Shown here: positions 40,027 through 49,893 of the stretch, piece by piece | Position numbering within the stretch: the first letter of the stretch is position 1 | Layout: each line of letters starts with the position of its first letter | Notes under the pieces: model-generated | The model's database searches: none | The model's input: only the letters and a program-made list of their open reading frames with translations | Told to the model about the DNA's origin: nothing | Position numbers and translations under genes: made by a program | NCBI GenBank assembly: GCA_903915225.1 | Contig: CAIWSB010000055.1 | Location: forward strand, 6,847 to 70,846 | Direction: 5' to 3' | From: an uncultured Candidatus Woesearchaeota archaeon | Lineage (GTDB): Archaea; Nanobdellota; Nanobdellia; Woesearchaeales; B29-G15 | DNA: 64,000 nt

Positions 40027-40665
40027 ATGCCAGAACTTGACGAGATATTGGGAACAAAAATCGCAGAATATGAGAGTGTTGAGGAATTCACAGCAGCACT
40101 TGAGGCAGCCAAACCAGTAAGGTTGCATACATATTTTGATAAAGGAATGTTCTGGTTCGGCTCTAATTGGAAAGCCTCTTTTGTTGATTCTGAAGGAAAT
40201 GTCCACGGTTTTGTTACCCGTGATGTTGAAGAGGGTTTTCAAGATAGAATAAAACCCATTTATGATTTGCTTAAAGGGGCAAAAATTCCTGAAGTGGATG
40301 GAATAATAAGGGTTTCAGAGAGGGATGGAGCAGTGTACCAGGTCTTTGAAACAGATTTTCCTGATGAAGCAGGGAAAGAACAGGCTTCATACGATGCTTG
40401 GATTGATGCAGTCAAAGCCCTTCCCGTTGAAGGGACATTGATTCAATACTTAAAAGAAGATTCAAGTGTTCTCCTTGATGCAACAAATGGAAAAAACCAC
40501 TTCATTACAACTATTGATGAAGATTCTGGAATAACATTGGAATCCACTTTGGCAAAGCTTCAACCATCTAAAAACAAGGATGGAGCAGAGGTCTTGGGCC
40601 AGCCATTCGCAACAAGGGATAACAGCCCTGTTATTGGTTGGTACTTAGATATGGAGAACGAGTAA
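40027..40665 (+). CDS. hypothetical protein
   Basis: 212-aa acidic ORF. Confidence 0.5.
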   Translation: MPELDEILGTKIAEYESVEEFTAALEAAKPVRLHTYFDKGMFWFGSNWKASFVDSEGNVHGFVTRDVEEGFQDRIKPIYDLLKGAKIPEVDGIIRVSERDGAVYQVFETDFPDEAGKEQASYDAWIDAVKALPVEGTLIQYLKEDSSVLLDATNGKNHFITTIDEDSGITLESTLAKLQPSKNKDGAEVLGQPFATRDNSPVIGWYLDMENE

Positions 40666-40709
40666 GTTTTCTTCTCGTTCTTAATTTTTTTTATTTTAAT
40701 AAAAAAAGT
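40666..40709. terminator. T/A-rich bidirectional terminator region between convergent genes
   Basis: ttcttaattttttttattttaataaaaaaagttt lies between a + gene ending at 40665 and a - gene ending at 40710. Confidence 0.4.
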
Positions 40710-43376
40710 TTAGCGCTTCTTTCCCTTCTTTTTCTTCTTGAAGATGAATCCGCCTATTATTAACGCTACCATCACAATCACGACAATAAGTACAGTGCTT
40801 CCCCCGCCACCATCTGACTTGCCCATCCTGTTATCACTTTTGTCATCTTCAAGGATAACCTTGCTTGGATTGTCCATGCCGGCATCTGTCCCAAACGAGG
40901 GCTCTCCAGACGGCAAAATAAACTCTGGGTCCAGCTTTGTGCCAGTGGCCTTGAGCTTGAAGTCATGGGTATCAAACGTGCCCTTGGAACTGTAAATCTT
41001 CTTCATGAGTTCACTGCTGGTTATCACATAAGGACTTTCAGTGGAATAATCCTTGCTGTCAGCTGTTATTGTGATAGTCGCATCAGAGGTTGGAGGAGAA
41101 ACATATATCAAGCCCCCACGCAGGTCTGAATCAAATGAGTATGGCGAACCCTGCTTAGGAGCCACAGTTATCTTGTATAATCTAACCTCCTTGTTCTTAA
41201 CCCCCAAGAAGGCTCCTGGAAGCATTGCAGCAGATGTGCGCAAAGGCCTCTCGTAATTTGCAGCACGGCCTACAATCATGCTCGGCGAGTACACAATCTG
41301 GGCGGTGCTGTTCTGGCAGCCATAGTCAACATAAAACTCACCAGCATCATACTGGCCGTTCTTGTTGGCATCCCTGTAGCCCTCAAAACAATCATACTTC
41401 TTGTTCCCCACAGTGGGGTTCACATAAAAGCCATGGGCCGCAAAGAGGGCGTCAATCTCCTTTGACTTGATTGGATACCTGTTCTTGAGCTCCTTGTAGA
41501 ACTCAGAGAAGTCGTTTCGCTTGTCTTTGAGTATATTCCAGACATCCTCAACTGAAAGAGTCAGGCCGTCACCAGGCTCATTGTTTTTGTCTATCAAATC
41601 CCAGAGCAGGCCTGCGACAGCAAACTCCTCCCCGTGTCCGAGCCAATCCCAGGGCTTCATATTATCCTCCATGTCGCCGTAGTTGGCATATTGAGATGGA
41701 TTTGGTTTGCCTACATCCTGCGCAATTGCCATTGCGATGAACTCTGCAAAACCTTCTGTGAAGGAATCCCCTGTGTTGGGGTTCATGAATCCGTCATGTG
41801 GAACAGTCCCCTGCACATTACGCCCTGCTGGAAGATTCCCTCCGTATTGGGCAAAAAGTATGTGGTGTGCGAACTCATGCCATTCGCGGTTCATCGGCCT
41901 GTTTGTGGAGCCGAGATTATAATCACCGGAATGTATCCTAATCCTCTGGTTGGCGTTTTCATACCAGGTATTGCCTTCTGTGTTCCCAACGAGAACACTC
42001 ACAGGGAGCTTGTAGTCAATGTTTGCCTTGAGCTTTACCAGGGCAAACTCAACTGCCTCGTGAAAATGATAGTACATGGTTGCATAGCTCTTGATGTCAT
42101 CAAGTGTTGGGAGGTTTGATGAGTAATCAGCCCCACTGCCTGCACCTAACTTAAAATGAACCTCGAGGTTTTTGCCGTCAACAATCTTGAACTCCTTGGC
42201 TGCGTAAACCCTCTTGTATCGGTTATTGTTGTTTAGGGTGTAAATGGTGAAATAATTCTTATTGCTCCGATTATACTTCCAGATTGCATAGACCTTGATG
42301 GGCACTTCCCCCTTATCAGAGATTCCTGTAAGGGTGATTGAATAATCTCCGTTCCCATCAGTTAACCCTGTAAAGGTTTTTTTGTCAGCTGTGTCTATAT
42401 CCACCTGCATGTAGGGCATAGGGTTGTCAAGGGAATCTGAGACAGTACCATAAACAATGACAGATGAAGTTGGAGCCTCGGTCTTTAAAGAGCTCACAAA
42501 ATTGGACGTGTGAGCACCTCCCACTGCCTGGCCTGCTACGTATTTGACTGTCTGGGCAATTCCAGACATCTCCCTTATTGTGCTTGAGGCAGCCCCATCA
42601 ACATCAGAGGTAGTAAATGACTTCTCAATCTGTCCATTGTATCTCATTATTCCTTTCTGTAGGATATACCTGAACTTTACGTTGAGGCGGGTCCTGCCAT
42701 CGCTCTCCTGCCTCAGTGGAGTTGCATAGGCATAATAATCACAGGCCTCACCCTGGATATTCACCTGGCCTGTGTACTCCTTTGCATTTGTGAGCCCCTC
42801 CAGTTTTGCGCTCCCAATGCATGGCGGCTCAATGCATACGTCCCTGCTGAATGTGCCGTAATACGACCCCAAATCGGCTTTGCTGTCTTTGTTGTAGAAG
42901 GTGAACAGCATTGACTCAACGTCCGGCTGCTTCCAGTCATTCTTAACTATCTCGCCAGGAACTGAAGGGGTTGAGACATAGAATGATACAGGGGTTATTG
43001 AGATGTTCCTCGAAACAGTTGCGAAAACCCCTGAATCGGACTTCAGGAGGAATGAGATTTCGAAATAATGGTTGCTGGTGTCTGAGCTGAATCCACCGAG
43101 GACAACTGCATCAAAGACAAACTCGGACTCGCCATTGTAGGTGAAATCTTTGTACTGATTGCCCCCGACGCGCTTGAAGTAGAAGCTCCCGTAGCTGTTC
43201 TCCATGGTTATGCTCTTTGTGAGCCCGGAAATCTTGGCATCATCCATAACCAGGCGGAGCTTGAACTGCTCGCCTGCCGGAACCTCATTGGGCATCTCAA
43301 TGCGAATCTCTGCTGCAGCAAGAGTGCACAGCATAACAAATACGAGAATGTACGGAACAAATTTCATCTCAACCAC
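40710..43376 (-). CDS. large secreted gluzincin-type zinc metalloprotease with C-terminal TM anchor
   Basis: A signal peptide, then HEFAHHILF ...(about 36 aa)... TEGFAEF (HExxH + E). The C-terminus has a Gly-rich linker, TM helix LIVVIVMVALIIGGFIF and a KKKKKGKKR tail. Confidence 0.75.
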   Translation of the reverse strand: MVEMKFVPYILVFVMLCTLAAAEIRIEMPNEVPAGEQFKLRLVMDDAKISGLTKSITMENSYGSFYFKRVGGNQYKDFTYNGESEFVFDAVVLGGFSSDTSNHYFEISFLLKSDSGVFATVSRNISITPVSFYVSTPSVPGEIVKNDWKQPDVESMLFTFYNKDSKADLGSYYGTFSRDVCIEPPCIGSAKLEGLTNAKEYTGQVNIQGEACDYYAYATPLRQESDGRTRLNVKFRYILQKGIMRYNGQIEKSFTTSDVDGAASSTIREMSGIAQTVKYVAGQAVGGAHTSNFVSSLKTEAPTSSVIVYGTVSDSLDNPMPYMQVDIDTADKKTFTGLTDGNGDYSITLTGISDKGEVPIKVYAIWKYNRSNKNYFTIYTLNNNNRYKRVYAAKEFKIVDGKNLEVHFKLGAGSGADYSSNLPTLDDIKSYATMYYHFHEAVEFALVKLKANIDYKLPVSVLVGNTEGNTWYENANQRIRIHSGDYNLGSTNRPMNREWHEFAHHILFAQYGGNLPAGRNVQGTVPHDGFMNPNTGDSFTEGFAEFIAMAIAQDVGKPNPSQYANYGDMEDNMKPWDWLGHGEEFAVAGLLWDLIDKNNEPGDGLTLSVEDVWNILKDKRNDFSEFYKELKNRYPIKSKEIDALFAAHGFYVNPTVGNKKYDCFEGYRDANKNGQYDAGEFYVDYGCQNSTAQIVYSPSMIVGRAANYERPLRTSAAMLPGAFLGVKNKEVRLYKITVAPKQGSPYSFDSDLRGGLIYVSPPTSDATITITADSKDYSTESPYVITSSELMKKIYSSKGTFDTHDFKLKATGTKLDPEFILPSGEPSFGTDAGMDNPSKVILEDDKSDNRMGKSDGGGGSTVLIVVIVMVALIIGGFIFKKKKKGKKR

Positions 43377-43411
43377 CCTTTTTAACCCTATATAATATTA
43401 TATTGTTAATT

Positions 43412-43444
43412 ATGGTCTAATCCCGCGCTAGTATTAAAATATTG
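43412..43444 (-). promoter_or_regulatory. conserved upstream block with TATA-like box, duplicated at 45982..46014
   Basis: atggtctaatcccgcgctagtattaaaatattg vs atggcctaatccagcactagtattaaaattttg. On the minus strand it reads ...TTTTAATACTAG... upstream of each protease paralog. Confidence 0.4.
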
Positions 43445-43480
43445 TCCTCATACAATAAATTTAATATTATTTGTGGATAA

Positions 43481-45919
43481 TCATTTATGTTTTTTGCCGA
43501 ATTTCTTTATAAAGATAATAACCATTATCGCAAGCACAACAAAAATAACAATGAGCCATGTGAAGTTGGATCCAGGAGATTCTGATTTACCTGAACTCTT
43601 GCCTATCTCGCTCTTTATCAAGTGCGGCTTAATGTCTAATGCAGTATCATCATCTTCAATATAGGGCTTGTCAAGACCAGCAGGTGCAACAGGATCAAGT
43701 TTTGAACCTGTTGGTTTTAGCTCGAATGCGTGAGTATCAAATGAGCCTTTACCCTCTGCTAACAACAATTTGTTATTCAACTCGCTTGCTTTGATCACAT
43801 AAGGCTTGTCAGACTTGAAGTCCTGTGACTCCGGCGTTATTGTGATTGTCGCTTCAATATCGCTTGGCAGCGGGCTGATGTATAATAATCCGCCTTGGAC
43901 GAATCCCGTATAGGAATAATCCTTCATTGAAGCATCAGCATAATCAACACTAATCTTGTATTGCCAAACATCCTTATCTGGCACAGCGAGGAATGAATCT
44001 TCCATTACTCCACCGAATTGTCTTGTTGGTCTTTCATAGTTGGTTGCTTTTCCTACTACGTAGCCTTGCTTGTAAACAATGTCCTTCTCAGCGTTTAGAG
44101 TTCCGTAATCAATGAACTTATCTCCTGCATCAAATACACCATTGCCGTTAGCATCAGTGAATGGTTCGAAAAAATCTCTTTTTTTGTTGCCTTCTGCCAA
44201 GTCTGCGAAGAACCCGTGTTCGATAAAGATCTTACCAATTGCATCTGCTTGTTTTGGAAAGGCCGTAATTAAAGCAGTGTACGCCTCAGAGACATCTTCT
44301 CTTCTCTGTTTTATTACATTCCAGATATCATCAAACATTAAGCTGACTGTATCCCCTTTGTCATTGTTTTTGTCGTAGAGGTCCCATAGTATTCCTGCAA
44401 CTGCGAATTCTTCTCTTCCGCCTTTGTTCTCCCATGCCTTGTAGTTGTCTTCGTTGTTTGCCAATGTAGAATAAACATAAGGTTGCCTGTTGCCATTGGA
44501 TTCAGCAATAACCATTGGTAGGAATTCTGCGAATCCTTCTGACCAAGAGTCTGCCGAATTAGGATTTGAGAATCCACCATGATTTCTTGAGCCGGGGACT
44601 TCTTTTCCAGGTAAATTTGCACCATATAACGAATACATAATGTGATGTGAAAATTCATGATATTCTATCCATGGTTGATGAGAGATGGTTCTTACAGAAT
44701 ATGCATCTGCAACATAAATATCCGTAGTGTCTCTTTGATAGTTAGTTTTACCTTCTTTATTGCCTACCCAAACGTCAACTGGGAGTTTGTTGTCAATGTT
44801 TGCTTTCAATCGTATTATTGCGAAGTCGACTGCTTCGTGCATATGAAAGTAGATAGCAGCAGAATTTTCAACCCATATATCTATTTGATTTGGTGCTGTG
44901 AATGTTGACTCTTCAAATGATCCCACTTTAATTTTGATGTTTGCAGTGATATCATTTTGGGCTAGGTCAATCTTATTTCCTGCCCACATCTCTTTGTAAT
45001 CATTACCACCCGCGTCATAATAGACATTGTAATAGTTTTTTCCGTCTCTATTGTAACTTAGTTTAACAAATGCATGTGCCTCTTTGTAGTTCCCTGGTTT
45101 TTCGAATGTAATTGTATAATCACCATTCTTGTCTGCATTTGCCACGTGTTGGTCTCCATCTATATCGATTATGATAGTAGAGTAGGGTAATGGCTCATCA
45201 TCTGCATCTGATACTGACCCGTGGATTGTGACTTGCTCTTTCTTGTTTGCTGGCACCCAGACGTAAGAATATACTACATAACCCTCGCCAGCCCTGCCAA
45301 CAGATAAACCAAAGGTCATATCAAATTTAAGTTCATTCTCTTTCCTTGATGCTGCGTCTACAGCCTCTTCAGACACGTCTAAGGAATTCTGATTGTCTCT
45401 TGAGCAGATATACACCTTCCCCAAACTTGGGAATTTGTACGTTAATGTATTTTCAGGTTTGCCTAAAAACCAAGATGCGCCTTCATTGAAACGGGGGCAA
45501 GATAGGCCTCCCATGGAGTATCCTAACTGGGGGGCGAAGAAAGATGCTTCACAAACCGCATTCTCACGCAGTATTTTGTCTTCTGCTGATTTCTCTTCAT
45601 TAGACATTATTAAGCGCTCTTCAAAGGAATGCGAAGGGGGAGTTGTGGGTTTGACAATTGAACCACCTAAAGTCATAGTAATCTCCTGCATATCAGTGGC
45701 TGTTTGTGGGGGGGTAGACCAGGTGATCATAGCAGAACCATCTTGGCAAGATGCTGACATCTTTCCGTTGCTAAATGATGGGCTTCCCCCTGTATTCACA
45801 AATCGTGTATCTGTCAATTGCCAATTCCCTGAACCATGTTCATATGTGTCTACATCTGCATACACAAATGCCGAAAAAAGAATGATTGATATAATCAATA
45901 TAGATACCTGATGTTTCAT
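43481..45919 (-). CDS. large secreted gluzincin-type zinc metalloprotease paralog with C-terminal TM anchor
   Basis: HEFSHHIMYSLYGANLPG ... SEGFAEF. The C-terminal TM helix is WLIVIFVVLAIMVIIFIKKFGKKHK. Long blocks are shared with 40710..43376. Confidence 0.75.
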   Translation of the reverse strand: MKHQVSILIISIILFSAFVYADVDTYEHGSGNWQLTDTRFVNTGGSPSFSNGKMSASCQDGSAMITWSTPPQTATDMQEITMTLGGSIVKPTTPPSHSFEERLIMSNEEKSAEDKILRENAVCEASFFAPQLGYSMGGLSCPRFNEGASWFLGKPENTLTYKFPSLGKVYICSRDNQNSLDVSEEAVDAASRKENELKFDMTFGLSVGRAGEGYVVYSYVWVPANKKEQVTIHGSVSDADDEPLPYSTIIIDIDGDQHVANADKNGDYTITFEKPGNYKEAHAFVKLSYNRDGKNYYNVYYDAGGNDYKEMWAGNKIDLAQNDITANIKIKVGSFEESTFTAPNQIDIWVENSAAIYFHMHEAVDFAIIRLKANIDNKLPVDVWVGNKEGKTNYQRDTTDIYVADAYSVRTISHQPWIEYHEFSHHIMYSLYGANLPGKEVPGSRNHGGFSNPNSADSWSEGFAEFLPMVIAESNGNRQPYVYSTLANNEDNYKAWENKGGREEFAVAGILWDLYDKNNDKGDTVSLMFDDIWNVIKQRREDVSEAYTALITAFPKQADAIGKIFIEHGFFADLAEGNKKRDFFEPFTDANGNGVFDAGDKFIDYGTLNAEKDIVYKQGYVVGKATNYERPTRQFGGVMEDSFLAVPDKDVWQYKISVDYADASMKDYSYTGFVQGGLLYISPLPSDIEATITITPESQDFKSDKPYVIKASELNNKLLLAEGKGSFDTHAFELKPTGSKLDPVAPAGLDKPYIEDDDTALDIKPHLIKSEIGKSSGKSESPGSNFTWLIVIFVVLAIMVIIFIKKFGKKHK

Positions 45920-45981
45920 AATTATTCACCTTTCATTCGTTTTCATATTCTCTAACAAAAATAATAATATTATAGGAAATA

Positions 45982-46014
45982 ATGGCCTAATCCAGCACTA
46001 GTATTAAAATTTTG
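45982..46014 (-). promoter_or_regulatory. second copy of conserved upstream block
   Basis: See 43412..43444. Confidence 0.4.
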
Positions 46015-46064
46015 CGTGGGTAGAGATAGAAAAATTTAAATATTGCCAAGAGGAAAACAGATAC

Positions 46065-46682
46065 ATGAAAACCCACGCCTTTGTTCTTTCAGTATTTATC
46101 TTACTAATATTTTCAATTGCCCCAGCAATTGTCCATGCTGATGAGATTATTCCAGGAATGAGACATATCGGTTGGTGTTATGAAATCCCGAATGTAGATG
46201 ATTACCCGGATTACATTTTTGTCTTTAATGAACCAAGGCTCTGGAGCGAAGGAGTAATCAACAAAGACAGCTGTTTCACATTCTATAAGAACGGTTTAGG
46301 AAGTGTTTACGCAATTAATAAATCTGAATTTAATGCGAGTGAAATTAACCATGAATTTTTTTCAAAAAACAATCCCAAACTAATCAAATCCCGTTTAGAA
46401 CTTTATGCATATGGGATGGTGAAAGAGAATGACCCGCTTAAGGATGCAAGAATCACTTTGAGGATAGTTTCTTTAACTGCGGAGAATCTTGACATCCAGA
46501 AATCCAAAATAACTTTTACATATGTTGATGGTACATCTGAAGAAAAGGGGTTTATAACTCAAGATGTTAACCCAGAACCCTCAAAAAAATCAGTTGCGCC
46601 CACCAAATTTTGGTACCTTATTATTCCAATTTTGGCAGCAATAATCATTGCCGTTATCCTCCTTTTGAGAAAGCGAAAATAA
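46065..46682 (+). CDS. secreted protein with C-terminal TM anchor
   Basis: A signal peptide, then a C-terminal TM helix WYLIIPILAAIIIAVILLL and an RKRK tail. Confidence 0.55.
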   Translation: MKTHAFVLSVFILLIFSIAPAIVHADEIIPGMRHIGWCYEIPNVDDYPDYIFVFNEPRLWSEGVINKDSCFTFYKNGLGSVYAINKSEFNASEINHEFFSKNNPKLIKSRLELYAYGMVKENDPLKDARITLRIVSLTAENLDIQKSKITFTYVDGTSEEKGFITQDVNPEPSKKSVAPTKFWYLIIPILAAIIIAVILLLRKRK

Positions 46683-46686
46683 TTTT

Positions 46687-46995
46687 ATGATTCAGTATTT
46701 ATTTGCTTTAACCACAACAATTTTAATTGAATTTGCGGTTTACTACGCGTTTATTAGAAAAAGCCCCTGGAAACTTCTAATTTATTCGATTCTGATAAAT
46801 TCGTTCACCCAACCTATTGCAACATTCATCTACCAAAATGCATTGAGCAACCTCATATTGGTTGAGGTAATGGTTTTTCTAGCTGAGATCCCCCTTATAA
46901 AGTGGCTTTTGGAAATAAAATACCCCAAATCTATATTGCTCTCCTTTGCTGCCAATCTACTAACCAGTTTGATAGGTTTCATCCTATTTTTTTAA
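46687..46995 (+). CDS. small membrane protein
   Basis: 102 aa with three hydrophobic helices. Confidence 0.45.
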   Translation: MIQYLFALTTTILIEFAVYYAFIRKSPWKLLIYSILINSFTQPIATFIYQNALSNLILVEVMVFLAEIPLIKWLLEIKYPKSILLSFAANLLTSLIGFILFF

Positions 46996-47020
46996 GAACA
47001 ACCTGGAGGATGAATTGAGA

Positions 47021-47626
47021 TTAAACGAACTGAAGAATCCCTTCAAGGGTGGTGATGCTCCCTGGTGAGCCACTCTCCCGATCAAGATGGACTGCCTGCA
47101 TGCCGACTGCACGCGGGCCATTAACGTCTGCCTCCAGCTTGTCCCCAACCATTATTGCGTCCTGGGGATTAACCTTGAGCAGCTCGAGCATTTTCAGGAA
47201 AATCCTCTTGTCAGGCTTCGTCATGCCCACATCACATGAAAAGAGAACGTGCTTAAAATAATAATCAAGCTTGAGGCCATAGAACTGCCTCTTGTAAGGG
47301 GAAGCGAGGTTGGATATTACCCCCATCTTTATGTGCCTTGATTTCAGCTCCTCAAGAACTGCCAGAGTCTCAGGGTAAAAGGCAGCTGTCGCACGTTCTG
47401 CTGCAAAATCAGCCTCATATGAGCTAAGGTCAATCCCGTGCCCGGGCTTTATCTTTTGCACATAATCCGAGAATTGTGCAAAATCCCGTGTGCCTGCAAT
47501 GTTGTGCGCAACCTCAATCTCTGCTGGCTGGAGCCCAAGCTCAGCAAACAGCCGAGTGTACGGGCGCCTGTATTCTGTGACATAAATCAGCGTATTATAC
47601 AAATCGAAGACAACTGCCCCAACCAT
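47021..47626 (-). CDS. HAD superfamily hydrolase
   Basis: Motif I VVFDLYNTL, motif II ISNLAS/T and motif IV VGDKLEADVNG. Confidence 0.75.
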   Translation of the reverse strand: MVGAVVFDLYNTLIYVTEYRRPYTRLFAELGLQPAEIEVAHNIAGTRDFAQFSDYVQKIKPGHGIDLSSYEADFAAERATAAFYPETLAVLEELKSRHIKMGVISNLASPYKRQFYGLKLDYYFKHVLFSCDVGMTKPDKRIFLKMLELLKVNPQDAIMVGDKLEADVNGPRAVGMQAVHLDRESGSPGSITTLEGILQFV

Positions 47627-47675
47627 AGATATAGGAAAAAAAGAACCAATAAAAAGGTTACTGAACAGAGAAAAA

Positions 47676-48140
47676 TTATTTCTTTGGCTCTATTGGAGTT
47701 TCCATCCTGTCTTCCAACCCTCCTGCCGCTCTTGTCATGTCATACCTACAAAGCTCATAAAGTCCGGATACGACGTTTGTTGCGACAACTGCGGCACCGA
47801 GGGCAATTAGCGCCTCGCTGTTGGGGTTTGGATTGGTGGATTGAATTGCTCCCCAAGTCTCTATGCCCCTGTATAAATAGTCGGCCAAACCATACATTCC
47901 TGCACCCGCAACTGCGAACACGGACAATGGAAATGTGTTAACATAATAATTTGGTGCGCTATGAGTGCTATTCCTTCTGATAGTGGTCGGTATGAATAAG
48001 CATGTCGAGGTCAAAGCTGTGCCAACCTCCCTCATTACCTGATAGGCATTATGGGACAAATGTGAAAGGAATTTCCCAATACCTTGGTGCGTCTTGTCAG
48101 TAGATGGATTTAAGTTTTCAACTGGATTTATTTTTGCCAT
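47676..48140 (-). CDS. membrane protein, hypothetical
   Basis: 154 aa with several hydrophobic helices. Confidence 0.45.
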   Translation of the reverse strand: MAKINPVENLNPSTDKTHQGIGKFLSHLSHNAYQVMREVGTALTSTCLFIPTTIRRNSTHSAPNYYVNTFPLSVFAVAGAGMYGLADYLYRGIETWGAIQSTNPNPNSEALIALGAAVVATNVVSGLYELCRYDMTRAAGGLEDRMETPIEPKK

Positions 48141-48208
48141 CCAACCCCAAAAAAGGAGGTCATTTAAATATATTTCGGTTATTTTACTACCTAAAAGTAA
48201 TAAAAATG

Positions 48209-49099
48209 CTAAGGTTTATAAGCATCAGCATATTTTTCTGGAGAATCATGGGCACAAAAACCCCTTCAAAAAAAGTGCTGGCAATCATAGCTGCAGCTGG
48301 GCTTGGATTCCTTACTGCTTGCTCCATCAATTCTGGAAAAAACCTTCCGCACCTGGGTATTGCCAAGCCCGCAACGCTGGAGGAGATTGCAGAGGCCAAA
48401 CCAGAAAAGACACAGTTGTACATGTACGATAACGATACCCTAGTAATCAACTTTGGGCATAATTATGCCCAGCAGAATGCGACATTCGGCAGGATTGGAA
48501 CACTTTGTGAGGGCTATGGCGTTGAACGCAACGTGCTGCCCAAAGAGGCATCTGCCATAGGCGCAAGAGCTGTCGGGCATGACTATACCAGCACAGAGCT
48601 GGCGTTATTCTACAACCTTGCCCGAGGGCAAAGCCTGAACAGGTCAGAGAGGCAGCTACGCGAACTGGTAATTGAGAACGGGCTAATTGCTGATGTTAAT
48701 GGCACATACGAGCCGGTGCAGACTGAGAGCTGCATAATCTCCTTTATCCATAACTCGCAGTGGCGCGACATACTTGCCCATGAGCTCAGCCATGCCGAGT
48801 ACTTCACAAACGACACGTACAGGGAATATTGCAATAATTTCTGGAACGAGGTCATGACACCAGATGACAGAAAGGGATTCACTAATTTTCTGCGCTGGGA
48901 TTACTATGACATCACGAACACAGACCTGACAATCAACGAGACTCAGGCGTACCTGGCAAACACATGTGACATGTACAGCTCAAGCTTATTTAACATGCCA
49001 GAGGGGAGGGCAGATGAGCTGAGAGCCCAATTCATAAAGGACAGCCCTGTGCCGAGCTTCTGCGAGACTCTTGACAGCAAAATAAATGGTGAGCAATAA
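48209..49099 (+). CDS. HExxH-motif lipoprotein, member 1 of a triple tandem paralog array
   Basis: Lipobox AGLGFLTAC. Conserved LGIAKPATLEEI ... LVINFG ... AHELSHAEYFTN..YREYCNNFW..VMTPDDR ... SPVPSFCE. Confidence 0.6.
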   Translation, partial: LRFISISIFFWRIMGTKTPSKKVLAIIAAAGLGFLTACSINSGKNLPHLGIAKPATLEEIAEAKPEKTQLYMYDNDTLVINFGHNYAQQNATFGRIGTLCEGYGVERNVLPKEASAIGARAVGHDYTSTELALFYNLARGQSLNRSERQLRELVIENGLIADVNGTYEPVQTESCIISFIHNSQWRDILAHELSHAEYFTNDTYREYCNNFWNEVMTPDDRKGFTNFLRWDYYDITNTDLTINETQAYLANTCDMYSSSLFNMPEGRADELRAQFIKDSPVPSFCETLDSKINGEQ

Positions 49100-49100
49100 G

Positions 49101-49892
49101 ATGAGCCTATTTACCAGTTCAAGACAATCACTCCCTAGTTTGGGTATTGCAAGACCAGCTTCATTAGAGGAAATAGTAGGAGATAACCCGAAACAGACTG
49201 AGGTTTACATGCATGGCGGTAACACGCTGGTCATCAACTTTGCAGGGGATTACGCCCAGCAGAGTCAAACATTCGGGAGGATCTGCACCCTTTTTTACTG
49301 CCCTGGCGCCAAAAGGGATGAATTTCCGAAACAAGTTTCGACTTTAGGGGCAACCGCAATTGGGCATGACTTCACTGCCTCAGAGCTGGCGCTGTTCTAC
49401 AATCTGGCGCGGGGACAAAATCTCAATAAGTCAGAGAATCAGCTTCGCGAGCTTCTGCTTAAGAATGGAATTATTGCGGAAAGCAAAGAGGGTTATATGC
49501 CGACTAATAAGTGTGTAATCTCATATGTGCAGGACTCATCCGAGCCTGAAGAGTGGCGGGATATCTTTGCACATGAGCTAGGCCACGCAGAGTATTTCAC
49601 CAATCCAGCTTACAGGGATTACTGCAACAGGTTCTGGGATGAGGTAATGACACCTGATGACCGGATGGGATTAACAGAGTTTTTGAGATTACATGATTAT
49701 GACATCCAAAACACAGATACGAAAATCAATGAGGCGCAGGCATACCTAGCCCACATGAGATATGCTAGCTCAAGATACAGGGGCTTCCTGCCGAAGAAGC
49801 GCGCAGATGAGCTGAGGGCGAAATTCCTTGAAGGCAGCCCTGTGCCAAGTTTCGCTGATACTATCCACAGCCTATCCAACGGTGAGCAGTAA
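49101..49892 (+). CDS. HExxH-motif protein, member 2 of the array
   Basis: AHELGHAEYFTNPAYRDYCNRFWDEVMTPDDR. The gene junction taaGATG is the same as at the next junction. Confidence 0.6.
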   Translation: MSLFTSSRQSLPSLGIARPASLEEIVGDNPKQTEVYMHGGNTLVINFAGDYAQQSQTFGRICTLFYCPGAKRDEFPKQVSTLGATAIGHDFTASELALFYNLARGQNLNKSENQLRELLLKNGIIAESKEGYMPTNKCVISYVQDSSEPEEWRDIFAHELGHAEYFTNPAYRDYCNRFWDEVMTPDDRMGLTEFLRLHDYDIQNTDTKINEAQAYLAHMRYASSRYRGFLPKKRADELRAKFLEGSPVPSFADTIHSLSNGEQ

Positions 49893-49893
49893 G

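Noticed and set aside
39985-40242. 85-aa minus-strand ORF upstream of the rSAM/SPASM gene as a candidate precursor peptide
   Set aside because: It lies antisense within the better-supported 40027..40665 gene and its composition is artefact-like (Phe/Cys/Ile-rich from the AT-rich antisense strand).
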